From an uncultured bacterium (GTDB lineage: Bacteria; Bacillota_I; Bacilli_A; RF39; UBA660), in assembly GCA_900314225.1 (NCBI GenBank), contig OMUM01000080.1:1-33420 (forward strand): a stretch of 33,420 nt of DNA, written 5' to 3'. The notes beneath the pieces were generated by a model. That model did no database searches and was not told the origin of the DNA. It was given only the letters and a program-made list of their open reading frames with translations. Position 1 is the first letter of the stretch. Each line of letters opens with the position of its first letter. Shown one piece after another: positions 1-9,182 of this stretch. Made by a program: the position numbers and the translations under genes.

Positions 1-64
1 CTTTTGTAAGCAAAATATCAATGATAAATCACTTACAAAAATTATTATACGAGGAGGAATAAAT

Positions 65-802
65 ATGAATGAAGATTCTAGAGAAAAAGAAAAATTAATT
101 ATAAATTATTTTTTTGAAAATCCTAATACTTATATTAGTGAAATGTCAAAAGATATTAATATACCAAAGTCTACTATTCAAAGATATTTAAGTAAAAATA
201 AAGATAAGATAATACCTGGTTTAGGGGTAACTATTGGTGTGCAACTTGAAAGAAATAAAAATAGTGGTCAAAGGAAAGGTGGTATTAATTCTTTTAAAAA
301 TAATTATGCTACAAAAGATAGCAGTGGAAGATTTACTGGTAGTATTAAAACTACTTCTTTAGTGGATAAAGAAGAAAAAAAGAAAAGTGATATTTATAAA
401 ATTTATATGTTGCTAATAAAAAATCCTACTAAAACTTTGAATGAATTAGTACAAGAATTAAGTGATGCAGAAATATATTCTAGAGATTATGTCTATGATT
501 GTTTAACTGATAAAAGGATAAATGAAATTATTGGATTTGAAGCTGCAACGAAAGTTAAAGAAATATTGAAAAAAAATAGACTATCATTTTTTAGGAAGAT
601 AGAAGGCTTTAACATTAATGATTTACTTCAAACTAGTGACTTGACTGAACAAGAAAGAAAAATTTTAGAGTTACGAATGAAAAATAAATCTTTAGATGAA
701 ATTGCTGATGAATTAAATTTATCTCGCAGTGCAGTCTTAAAACATGAGAATAGAGCAATAGAAAAAATTCAAAGCAAAATAATTACAGGTACTGAGAAGT
801 AA
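65..802 (+). CDS. Multi-HTH DNA-binding protein: two SpoIIID-like HTH units plus a C-terminal sigma-70 region-4/LuxR-type HTH
   Basis: GGAGG lies 7 nt upstream of the ATG. The N-terminus (IPKSTIQRYL...GQRKGGINSFK) resembles SpoIIID (VSKSTVHKDL...RHLRGGEATK). A second degenerate copy follows (TLNELVQEL...ATKVKEILKKNR). The C-terminus LTEQERKILELRMKNKSLDEIADELNLSRSAVLKHENRAIEKIQ is a region-4-type HTH. The stop overlaps the next start (TAATG). Confidence 0.55.
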   Translation: MNEDSREKEKLIINYFFENPNTYISEMSKDINIPKSTIQRYLSKNKDKIIPGLGVTIGVQLERNKNSGQRKGGINSFKNNYATKDSSGRFTGSIKTTSLVDKEEKKKSDIYKIYMLLIKNPTKTLNELVQELSDAEIYSRDYVYDCLTDKRINEIIGFEAATKVKEILKKNRLSFFRKIEGFNINDLLQTSDLTEQERKILELRMKNKSLDEIADELNLSRSAVLKHENRAIEKIQSKIITGTEK

Positions 803-1902
803 TGTTAAAATCTTGCTATATTCATATACCATTTTGTGATAATATTTGCTCTTATTGTGATTTTCCTAAAATATTTTATAAAAAAGATATTGTTGATAAG
901 TATTTAGATGCATTAGATAAAGAGATAACTAATTTTTATCAAGGTGATATATTAGATACTATTTATATTGGAGGAGGAACACCTAGTTCATTATCTTTAG
1001 AACAATTAAATAAATTATTTAGAATATTAGATAAATTAAATAAAAGTAAAAATATAGAGTATACTATTGAAGGAAATTTTGATAGTATAAATAAAGAAAA
1101 ATTGAATTTATACAAAAAATATGGTGTAAATAGATTATCTTTTGGATTAGAGTCTATTGATAGTAATAATTTAGAATTATTAGACAGAGTAGTAGATAAA
1201 AATAAAGTAATTAATATTATTAATTATTCTAAAAAAATAGGTCTAAATAATATTAATGTTGATTTAATATATGCAATTCCAGGTGAGACAATTAGTATTT
1301 TAGAAAATGATTTATCTTTTATATTAGAATTAGATGTTCCTCATATATCAACTTATTCTTTAATAATAGAAGATCATACTAAATTAAAAGTTAATAAAAT
1401 CTTGAATATTTCTGAAGATCTAGATTATAAAATGTATAAAATTATTTGTAATAAATTAAAAAATAATAATTATATTCATTATGAAATAAGTAATTTTGCT
1501 AAAGGAGGCTATGAGTCATATCATAATACTAATTATTGGAATAATAATGAATATTATGGGTTTGGTTTAGGAGCAAGCTCCTATTTAAATAATATTCGTA
1601 GTACTAATACTAGATCTATTAATAAATATTTAAATAATGATTATTCCAAAGATTTTGAATACCTTTCTAAAAAGGATATTATGGAATATGAAGTTATTTT
1701 AAATTTACGTAAGAAAGATGGTATTAATTTACTAATTTTTTATAATAAGTATAATATTGAATTAATTAATGTTTATGATTATAGTAGTTTATTATTAGAT
1801 AAATTACTTGTTCTTGATGAAAATAATCTTCACATATGTGAAGATAAATGGTATATTAGTAATGAAATAATTGTTAGATTATTAGGATGTGAAGTAAAAT
1901 GA
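802..1902 (+). CDS. hemW: Radical SAM HemN-like protein, HemW family (heme chaperone / oxygen-independent coproporphyrinogen oxidase-like)
   Basis: N-terminal YIHIPFCDNICSYCDF carries the CX3CX2C radical SAM motif, followed by GGGTPS. The length (366 aa) is typical of HemW. It is translationally coupled to both neighbours. Confidence 0.85.
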   Translation: MLKSCYIHIPFCDNICSYCDFPKIFYKKDIVDKYLDALDKEITNFYQGDILDTIYIGGGTPSSLSLEQLNKLFRILDKLNKSKNIEYTIEGNFDSINKEKLNLYKKYGVNRLSFGLESIDSNNLELLDRVVDKNKVINIINYSKKIGLNNINVDLIYAIPGETISILENDLSFILELDVPHISTYSLIIEDHTKLKVNKILNISEDLDYKMYKIICNKLKNNNYIHYEISNFAKGGYESYHNTNYWNNNEYYGFGLGASSYLNNIRSTNTRSINKYLNNDYSKDFEYLSKKDIMEYEVILNLRKKDGINLLIFYNKYNIELINVYDYSSLLLDKLLVLDENNLHICEDKWYISNEIIVRLLGCEVK

Positions 1903-2480
1903 ATATAGAAGAATTATTTAAAGATGAATTAAATTATATAAAGAGTGAAGATTTAAAAAAGTCATTAGTTGTAATATTAAAATCATTACCTGACTATTGG
2001 TATAGTGTACCAGCTTCTTCTACAGGAAAATATCATCCAGAATATGCTTTAGGAGAGGGTGGCTTACTCAGACATTCTAAGGCTGCTATGAGGATTGGCT
2101 ATGAGTTATTATCTGATCCAGTTATAGGTGAAAAATATAATGAACATGAGAAAGATTTATTACTTATATCTTTGCTTGTTCATGATGGATTAAAGAGTGG
2201 TAATCCTAAAGAAAAATATACTAGGTTTGATCATCCTATATTAATGGCTAATTATATATTAGAAAATAAAGATAGAATTGGTTTATGTGAGGAAGATGCC
2301 AAATTATGTGCTGATGTTATAAAGACTCATATGGGTTATTGGACTACGGATTATAATGGAGTTGAAGTTTTAGAAAAACCTAAGACTAAATATCAAAACT
2401 TTGTTCATATGTGTGACTATCTAGCCAGTCGTAAATGTATTTTAATCCCTTTTGATAGTAATAATAATATAAGTGCTTAA
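1899..2480 (+). CDS. HD-domain phosphohydrolase
   Basis: The H...HD metal-binding signature is present (LLRHSKAAM ... LLVHDGLK ... KTHMG). The ATGA start overlaps the hemW stop. Confidence 0.7.
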   Translation: MNIEELFKDELNYIKSEDLKKSLVVILKSLPDYWYSVPASSTGKYHPEYALGEGGLLRHSKAAMRIGYELLSDPVIGEKYNEHEKDLLLISLLVHDGLKSGNPKEKYTRFDHPILMANYILENKDRIGLCEEDAKLCADVIKTHMGYWTTDYNGVEVLEKPKTKYQNFVHMCDYLASRKCILIPFDSNNNISA

Positions 2481-2492
2481 GGCACTTTTTCT
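2471..2492 (+). terminator. Rho-independent terminator
   Basis: Stem AAGTGC / GCACTT (2471-2476 / 2482-2487) with a 5-nt loop, followed by TTTTTCT. It overlaps the stop codon of the HD gene. Confidence 0.55.
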
Positions 2493-2563
2493 ATTGTAAT
2501 TTATAGGCTCTTGTAATAAATTTAAAAATTTGTTAATATTATTATGATGGAGGAAAATAATTA

Positions 2564-3118
2564 ATGACTAAGAAAAGAAAGATATCAAAAAAAAGACAAT
2601 ATATATTAAAAAAACAAAAAAAATTATTATTTTTGTGTATTTTTTTATTAATAATAGTCATTATTTTAGCTTATATTATTTTTAAAACAAATTTGCTTGA
2701 ACAAAAAATAAATGATAAATTCGTTAGATATATTTCTTTTAATAATGCTAACACAACAGATATTTTAAAAATTTCTAATTTACAAAGGAAGAGTAATTAT
2801 CATGGTAAGGGAGTTTTAAATAATTCTTATGTTAAATTTAATGTTGATGGTGAGAAGAATTCTAAATTTGATATAGTCGTTTATCCAATTGGTATGAAAA
2901 TAGATGAAAGAAATATATATTATTATTTAACAGATTCTAATGATAAAAAAATTGAATTCGATAATTTGAGTAATAAAGCTGTTTCTTCGGATAGTGGAAG
3001 AATTATTTATACAAATAAAATAAGTAATGATAAATATAAATTAAAAATGTGGGTAAATAGTAAATATAAAGGTAGTATTAAAAATGTTTCATATGAAATA
3101 AAAATAAAACCATGCTAG
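2564..3118 (+). CDS. Hypothetical bitopic membrane protein (basic N-terminus, one TM helix, about 140-aa extracytoplasmic domain)
   Basis: GGAGG SD 9 nt upstream of the ATG. The K/R-rich N-terminus is followed by LLFLCIFLLIIVIILAYIIF. No family recognised. Confidence 0.5.
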   Translation: MTKKRKISKKRQYILKKQKKLLFLCIFLLIIVIILAYIIFKTNLLEQKINDKFVRYISFNNANTTDILKISNLQRKSNYHGKGVLNNSYVKFNVDGEKNSKFDIVVYPIGMKIDERNIYYYLTDSNDKKIEFDNLSNKAVSSDSGRIIYTNKISNDKYKLKMWVNSKYKGSIKNVSYEIKIKPC

Positions 3119-3128
3119 GAGGAATATT

Positions 3129-3797
3129 ATGGCAGGTAAAATTATTGTAATTGAAGGTACTGATTGTTCTGGAAAGGAAACGCAATCTAAATTGCTTGAA
3201 GAAAGACTAAATAAAGAGGGTAAGAAATGTATTAGATTTGGGTTTCCAATGTATGATACACCAACAGGAAAGATTGTTGGAGGTGCTTATCTTGGTAAAC
3301 CAGAAATTGGGCCTAGTTTATTTAGAGAGGGTGCTGTTAATGTTGATCCTCATGTAATTTCGTTATATTATGCCGCCGATAGAAAATATAATTTACCAAA
3401 AATACAAAAATATTTAGATAAAGATTATTATGTGATTTTAGATAGATATACTACTTCTAATTTAGCTCATCAAGGAAGCAAGATTCATGATAAGGAAGAA
3501 AGATTTAATATGTATCAGTGGATTGATAAATTAGAGTATTGGTTATTAGGCCTTCCAAAACCAAATAAAACTATATTTTTACATGTGCCATTAGATTATA
3601 CTTTAGAACTTAGAAAGAATAGAGAGTTTATTGATGAACACGAGGCATCACCTGAATATTTAAAAAGAGCTGAAGAATCTTATTTAGAATTATCAGAATT
3701 ATATAATTGGGATAAAATTGAATGTATAAGAGATAATAAATTACGAAGTGTTGAAGATATAAATAATGAAATTATTAAAAAAATAGAAGATATGTAA
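3129..3797 (+). CDS. tmk: Thymidylate (dTMP) kinase family
   Basis: P-loop IVIEGTDCSGKETQ, a YYAADR motif and DRYTTSNLAHQG (DRY-type motif). AGGAGG SD. Confidence 0.75.
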   Translation: MAGKIIVIEGTDCSGKETQSKLLEERLNKEGKKCIRFGFPMYDTPTGKIVGGAYLGKPEIGPSLFREGAVNVDPHVISLYYAADRKYNLPKIQKYLDKDYYVILDRYTTSNLAHQGSKIHDKEERFNMYQWIDKLEYWLLGLPKPNKTIFLHVPLDYTLELRKNREFIDEHEASPEYLKRAEESYLELSELYNWDKIECIRDNKLRSVEDINNEIIKKIEDM

Positions 3798-3815
3798 TTA
3801 TATCTTCTATTTTTA
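3785..3815. terminator. Shared hairpin between convergent tmk and the ATPase gene (possibly a bidirectional terminator)
   Basis: Perfect 9-bp stem AGAAGATAT / ATATCTTCT (3785-3793 / 3800-3808) with a 6-nt loop, flanked by A-rich and T-rich tracts. Confidence 0.5.
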
Positions 3816-5843
3816 TATATTTGGTTTCAATGGTGTGTTATTATTTGATGTATTTTTGGTTTCTATTGTAGTAGTAGGTGAGATTGGACTTGTTTGTCCA
3901 GTTGAATAGATATATCCTGTATTTGAATAATAATTTTGTAGAGAATTATTTGGTTTATATACTGGTATAGTTGAATTACTTTGAATGTTTTGATTATTAT
4001 TTAGATTTTGTTTTATTTCTTTTGCTTGCGCATAACTATTAATAGGTTTGTTCATTGTTGTATTTGTTATAACTGGTTCTATATTTTGCATTTGATTTTG
4101 TTGTGTTGTTGATGTTAAGTTATTAGTGCTTTTTGAATTTGTTGTGTTAATTATTGTAACATTTGACTTAACAGGATTTTGTTGAATATTTTGATTATTT
4201 GCTTTTTGTGTTGCAGGTATTTCTGTTGGCATTGTCGTTGGAGATTTTACTTTGCCTTCAATGATTGCAGTAGCTGTTTTAACGTTAGGCGTTACAACAC
4301 TATTTGTTTGTGTAGCTATTGTTTTATAATTTTTTTGATTATTGTCAATTATTGTTGAGTATCCTTTAACTGGAACTACATTTTCTGTTTTTTTATTATT
4401 TGTTTGAGTATCATTAAAGTCACTAGCACTAAAAGCTGGAGGTTTCATTAGATTAGAAATATTATTTTTGTCATTTTTTGGAATATTTGAATCTATTAAG
4501 CTATCACTTTCTTCATAATCATTATTACTAATTTCGGCATTTTTTGGAATGATTTTTTTCATGAAGTCACTAATTTCAGCTTCATAAGCATCATCATCTT
4601 CTTCTTCAGTTTCAATTTCAATATTTCTATATACTTCTTCGAATGATGTTTGGCCATTATAACATTTAATTAAAGCATCTTGTAGCATAGTTATAGTTTT
4701 ACCTGTATATACCATTTTAGCTAAGTCTTTTTTATCAAGATTTGGATTATTTAAGGCTGCTCTTATATCATCATCTAATTCAAGTACTTCGTGGAAAGCT
4801 ATACGACCATGATATCCCTTACGACAATGTTCACAGCCTTTTGGATTCGCATCCCAAATCATTGGCACATTCATATGCATAAATTTTTTAAAAACTTTTT
4901 TTTCATAAGGAGTAGTTTCTCTTTGAAAACGGCAGTCTGGACATAACATTTTAGCAAGTCTTTGAGAAATTATTCCAGTTAGTGCTGTTGATAATAAGTA
5001 TCTTTCAACATTCATATCTAGAAGTCTTTCAACTGTTGCTAATGCATTGTTAGTATGGATAGTTGATAATACTAAGTGTCCTGTGATGGAAGCACGAACA
5101 GCAATTTGGGCTGTTTCTGAATCACGAATTTCTCCTATTAGAATTATGTTAGGGTCTTGTCTTAAGATTGAACGTAGTGCTGCGGCAAATGTCATTCCAA
5201 TATCTGCGTTGACTTGAACTTGATTTATGCCTTCAATATTCATTTCAATTGGGTCTTCTACTGTTATAATATTTTTTTCCGGTTTATTAAGTTCTTGTAG
5301 AATAGAGTAAGTTGTTGTTGATTTACCTGAACCAGTAGCACCTGTTGTTAATATTATTCCGTTAGGTATTTCCATCATTCTTTTAACTTTTTTAAGATTA
5401 TCAGGATGGAAGCCTAGACTCTCAATACCTTGCATACTTCTTGTATAATCCAAAATACGAATAACGATTTTTTCTCCTTCATTTAATGGCAATGAAGATA
5501 CACGCATATCTAAGTATGTTCCACCAAATTCTCCTTTGATAGCTCCATCTTGTGGTAGACGAGATTCCGTTATATTCATGTTAGCAAGTAATTTTAGTCT
5601 TGTTGTTAAATTCTTTTCATAGGCTTTAGGAACAAATGTATAGTCTTGGCATTCACCATCAATTCTAAATCTAACCATCATTCCATTTTCACGTGGATCA
5701 AAATGAATATCTGAGGCTTTATGTTTTGAGGCTGCAATTATAATATAGTCTGCTACTTGAGTAACAGGTGTTTTTGTAAAATCAAAAGAAACCATGAAAC
5801 TTTCTGTTCCTTTTTGAACACGTTTAACATCAAATTGTATCAT
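3813..5843 (-). CDS. Type II secretion / type IV pilus assembly ATPase (GspE/PilB/ComGA family) with a long low-complexity C-terminal extension
   Basis: Walker A TGATGSGKSTT, Asp box VEDPIE, Walker B ILIGEIRD and His box TGHLVLSTIHTN. The tetracysteine CPDC...CEHC is typical of assembly ATPases. The core ends near aa 408. Residues 409-676 are first acidic and then N/T/Q/S/P-rich. Confidence 0.85.
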   Translation of the reverse strand: MIQFDVKRVQKGTESFMVSFDFTKTPVTQVADYIIIAASKHKASDIHFDPRENGMMVRFRIDGECQDYTFVPKAYEKNLTTRLKLLANMNITESRLPQDGAIKGEFGGTYLDMRVSSLPLNEGEKIVIRILDYTRSMQGIESLGFHPDNLKKVKRMMEIPNGIILTTGATGSGKSTTTYSILQELNKPEKNIITVEDPIEMNIEGINQVQVNADIGMTFAAALRSILRQDPNIILIGEIRDSETAQIAVRASITGHLVLSTIHTNNALATVERLLDMNVERYLLSTALTGIISQRLAKMLCPDCRFQRETTPYEKKVFKKFMHMNVPMIWDANPKGCEHCRKGYHGRIAFHEVLELDDDIRAALNNPNLDKKDLAKMVYTGKTITMLQDALIKCYNGQTSFEEVYRNIEIETEEEDDDAYEAEISDFMKKIIPKNAEISNNDYEESDSLIDSNIPKNDKNNISNLMKPPAFSASDFNDTQTNNKKTENVVPVKGYSTIIDNNQKNYKTIATQTNSVVTPNVKTATAIIEGKVKSPTTMPTEIPATQKANNQNIQQNPVKSNVTIINTTNSKSTNNLTSTTQQNQMQNIEPVITNTTMNKPINSYAQAKEIKQNLNNNQNIQSNSTIPVYKPNNSLQNYYSNTGYIYSTGQTSPISPTTTIETKNTSNNNTPLKPNI

Positions 5844-5968
5844 AATTTCAACCCCTTTTTGCTGAACTTTAATACATATTTAATAATTTTGAAAATTCTA
5901 ACTATGGTGTTTTACTAAAATATATTATATAATAATTTTAAGGTAATAGCAAGAAAAGAGGTTGTTAA

Positions 5969-6568
5969 ATGGTAAAAAAAAATTATAAGTTAAATAATCA
6001 TGGTTTTGTTCTTGCTGAAACTTTAGTTGTTAGTGTTTTTCTTACAATAATGTTTACCATGATTTATTCTAACTATTACCCAATAATTGGGGAATATGAA
6101 AAAAGAGAAAATTATGATGATGTTGATAGTGAGTATGCTGCATATTGGATTAAAGAATTAATTGAAGATCCATATTATGATTCTTCTAATGATAATTTTA
6201 AAAAATTAGATACTGATACTTATTTTCAATTTAAATGTAGTGACTTTACTGGGTCAAGTAAAAAAAATTTATGTATAAATTTAGTTAAAGCATTCCAAAT
6301 AAATTGTATATCTGATAATAATTGTCAAATATATGTTACAAAATATCAAATTGGTGATCCAACAGGTGGAACAAATAATTTTAAATATACGGTAAAAAAT
6401 GCTCCAAAAGGTACATTTTCAAGTGGCTTTAAAGATTATGTTGCTTATTTGCAAAATTTTAAAATTGAGTCTAGATTTGGTTCTAAATATAGGGTGTTTT
6501 TGGTTATTAAACATCAAGAAGATTATAACAATTATTTAACATATTCGAATATTGAGGTGAATAGGTAA
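5969..6568 (+). CDS. Prepilin-type N-terminal domain protein (minor pilin / pseudopilin-like)
   Basis: Class III signal peptide: a basic leader, then G|FVLAE with Glu at +5, then a hydrophobic helix TLVVSVFLTIMFTMIY. SD AAGAGG. Divergent from the ATPase gene. Confidence 0.6.
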   Translation: MVKKNYKLNNHGFVLAETLVVSVFLTIMFTMIYSNYYPIIGEYEKRENYDDVDSEYAAYWIKELIEDPYYDSSNDNFKKLDTDTYFQFKCSDFTGSSKKNLCINLVKAFQINCISDNNCQIYVTKYQIGDPTGGTNNFKYTVKNAPKGTFSSGFKDYVAYLQNFKIESRFGSKYRVFLVIKHQEDYNNYLTYSNIEVNR

Positions 6569-7230
6569 TGAAGATAGTCAAATTAAATAATAAAGGTATA
6601 ACTACTATAGAAGTTATTATTTCATTTGTTATAATTGTTATAATTGCTTCATCTCTTTTTAATACAATTTCGGCATATAATCAAAAAAGATTAATAGAAA
6701 ATTATAAATCTAAAATTTATACTTATAAAAATACTTTAACTAAGACAATAGAAGATGATTTTGTAAAGATTGGATTAACTTCTGTAAATTATACTAGGAA
6801 TTTGCAAGATAATATGATAGTTAATCAATTAGACTGTACATTGAAAGATGGTACAACACGAAGATTAATTATTAAGCAAAGATTTACTCGCTCTGATATG
6901 CATCCAGATGGAAGTGTAAATTCTGGTGATTATTTTATGATTGAATATGGAAAATCTGATTTAACTAAAAGTTCTAAACAAGACCAAAATGCCAATTTAA
7001 CTGAATATCCATTGCCTGATTTGGGACATTATACTGCTAAATACAAAGGTGTTGATGGACAATCTGCATTAGATTTAACTATTAATAAAGTTAGCGTTTC
7101 ATTAGAAAATGATAGTGCAACTAAAAATGCTAATGTTTTGGCTCTCCATATTGGTTTTTATCATCCTGAATTATTGACAAGATATGGTATTAATATTGTT
7201 ACTCCAATAAATTATGTTGCAAGTGATTGA
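6568..7230 (+). CDS. Prepilin-type N-terminal domain protein (minor pilin / pseudopilin-like)
   Basis: KLNNKG|ITTIE with Glu at +5, followed by VIISFVIIVIIASSLF. TAATG coupling to the preceding pilin-like gene. Confidence 0.6.
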   Translation: MKIVKLNNKGITTIEVIISFVIIVIIASSLFNTISAYNQKRLIENYKSKIYTYKNTLTKTIEDDFVKIGLTSVNYTRNLQDNMIVNQLDCTLKDGTTRRLIIKQRFTRSDMHPDGSVNSGDYFMIEYGKSDLTKSSKQDQNANLTEYPLPDLGHYTAKYKGVDGQSALDLTINKVSVSLENDSATKNANVLALHIGFYHPELLTRYGINIVTPINYVASD

Positions 7231-7236
7231 TTATAA

Positions 7237-8121
7237 TCATAAAGTACATAAAAATAGGTAAATTATTATTGCAAGTATTGTTCCTATGATTCTTCCATAA
7301 AAAAAGTATTTATATTTAATTTTAGTTTTCGTAAGAATACTTTTTGTTTGTAAATGTATACTTATTCCTCCAATTGATAAAAATATTAAGATTAATAGTC
7401 CTCTTAAAAAAATATTATTAATTATAATACTTGAGTATATTCCTTTAGTTAGATCAAATAGTCCACATACAATAACATAATTTATTCCTCTAAATTTAAA
7501 AATATTAAGTATCATTGAAGAAATTAAATCAAAGAATAGTGATGTACCATAAATTATAATTATTGTTTTAAATGAATTGTTAATTTCTTTTATTAAGTTA
7601 TTGGCAAAATCATTAATAATATTACTATTTAAAGTATAGTAATTTTTCTTACTATATATAATCATAATAATTAGATTACTTAATAGTAGGGATAATAAAA
7701 TATTTCTATTAATTGTTTTATTATTAATTATTATATTCAATGTACTTGTTATAAATAATGGATTTGGAAAATGAGAAAACATTAGTATTTTATTAGCGGT
7801 TTCTAAATTAATAATTTCTCTATCTAATAAATCTTTAGCATATTTAGCTCCACTTGGATAACCATTAATCATGCTTATAATATAAACAAATAAATTAATG
7901 TTTTTTATATGTAATGAATTATTTATATATTCAATTATTCCATAATCAATTAATAAACCAATAATTATATAAAAAGTAAAACTTACAGGAAATAATCTTG
8001 TTAGAAATAGTTTTGAATAATCTAAGACATTATCTATAATCAGATTATTATTAAGTAGATAATATACTAAAATAAATAATAAAATGATATTTATAAATCT
8101 ATTTTTATAGTTTTTTTTCAT
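7237..8121 (-). CDS. Polytopic integral membrane protein, possibly YlbJ / nucleoside-recognition (Gate) family
   Basis: About 8 hydrophobic segments. It is divergently adjacent to a ylbL-like gene, as ylbJ is in Bacillus. The family assignment rests on context and is tentative. Confidence 0.4.
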   Translation of the reverse strand: MKKNYKNRFINIILLFILVYYLLNNNLIIDNVLDYSKLFLTRLFPVSFTFYIIIGLLIDYGIIEYINNSLHIKNINLFVYIISMINGYPSGAKYAKDLLDREIINLETANKILMFSHFPNPLFITSTLNIIINNKTINRNILLSLLLSNLIIMIIYSKKNYYTLNSNIINDFANNLIKEINNSFKTIIIIYGTSLFFDLISSMILNIFKFRGINYVIVCGLFDLTKGIYSSIIINNIFLRGLLILIFLSIGGISIHLQTKSILTKTKIKYKYFFYGRIIGTILAIIIYLFLCTL

Positions 8122-8136
8122 ATTTTCTCTTTTCTT

Positions 8137-8145
8137 TGTTATAAT
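8137..8145 (+). promoter_or_regulatory. Putative extended -10 promoter element TGTTATAAT
   Basis: Exact TGnTATAAT 18 nt upstream of the ATG at 8163. Confidence 0.35.
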
Positions 8146-8162
8146 TATTTTAGGTGAAAATA

Positions 8163-9182
8163 ATGTTTAAGAAATATTTTAGTTATTTTATAGATTTTAT
8201 AAAGGAAGAATATAAGTTTATATTATTTCTTATTCTTCTATTAATTATATGTGAGTATCCAGTAAATTATTATATAACTACTGGTGGTGGTATTAGTGAC
8301 GTTTCATCGAGAATAAAAGTTACTGATAAATCAAAGGCTACTGGTAGTTTTAATATTAGTTATGTTGAAGAATTACAAGGAACTTTATTAACTTATGGGT
8401 TGAGTTATGTTATCCCTACTTGGGAGAGAGATTCTGCTGATAATTATAAATATACTACTGATGATAGTATTGATGATATTAATTTTAGAAATGATTTGGA
8501 TCTTAAAGTTGCTAATTCAACAGCAACATATTGGGCTTATACTTTAGCAAATAAAAATGTTAAAGAAATTTCTTCAAAAATGTATGTAATAATAACTGAT
8601 AATATGAAGTATAAAAATCCATTAAAAGTAAAAGATGAAGTACTTGCAATTGATGGTAATAATTATTCTGATTTAGAAAGTTTTAGAAATTATATTCAAA
8701 CTAAAAATAAAGATGATATTGTTAATATTAAGATTAAAAGAAATAATAAAGAAAAGACTCTTAAATGTAAGATTTATGAAGAAGATAATAAAAAAATTAT
8801 TGGTGTTGGAATTCAAATATTAAAGAAATATGAAGTATCTCCTAAAGTAAGAATTAAGTTTAAAAGTAGTGAGTCTGGACCTTCTGGTGGTTTAATAACA
8901 GCTCTTGAAATATATAATCAATTAACACAAAAAGATATTACTAAAGGTTATACAATTGCCGGAACTGGTACAATTGAACAAGATGGAACAATTGGTGAAA
9001 TAGGTGGAGTTAAATATAAAATATTAGGTGCTGAAAAAGGACATGCCGATTATTTCTTAGTTCCGGCTGGTAATAATTATAATGATGCTAAAAAATATAA
9101 GGAAAAGAAACATTTAAAAATAAAATTAATAAAAGTTAGTAATATAGAGAATGCTATTAATAAATTGGAGAAATTAAAATGA
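8163..9182 (+). CDS. ylbL: PDZ-domain Lon-like S16 peptidase (YlbL/SdrC family)
   Basis: N-terminal TM segment, a central PDZ-like region, and a C-terminal Lon proteolytic domain (SGPSGGLITALEIYN ... GTIGEIGGVKYKILGA with the Ser/Lys dyad). The ORF track begins at GTG 8154. I prefer ATG 8163, which lies 5 nt after AGGTGA. Confidence 0.8.
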   Translation: MFKKYFSYFIDFIKEEYKFILFLILLLIICEYPVNYYITTGGGISDVSSRIKVTDKSKATGSFNISYVEELQGTLLTYGLSYVIPTWERDSADNYKYTTDDSIDDINFRNDLDLKVANSTATYWAYTLANKNVKEISSKMYVIITDNMKYKNPLKVKDEVLAIDGNNYSDLESFRNYIQTKNKDDIVNIKIKRNNKEKTLKCKIYEEDNKKIIGVGIQILKKYEVSPKVRIKFKSSESGPSGGLITALEIYNQLTQKDITKGYTIAGTGTIEQDGTIGEIGGVKYKILGAEKGHADYFLVPAGNNYNDAKKYKEKKHLKIKLIKVSNIENAINKLEKLK

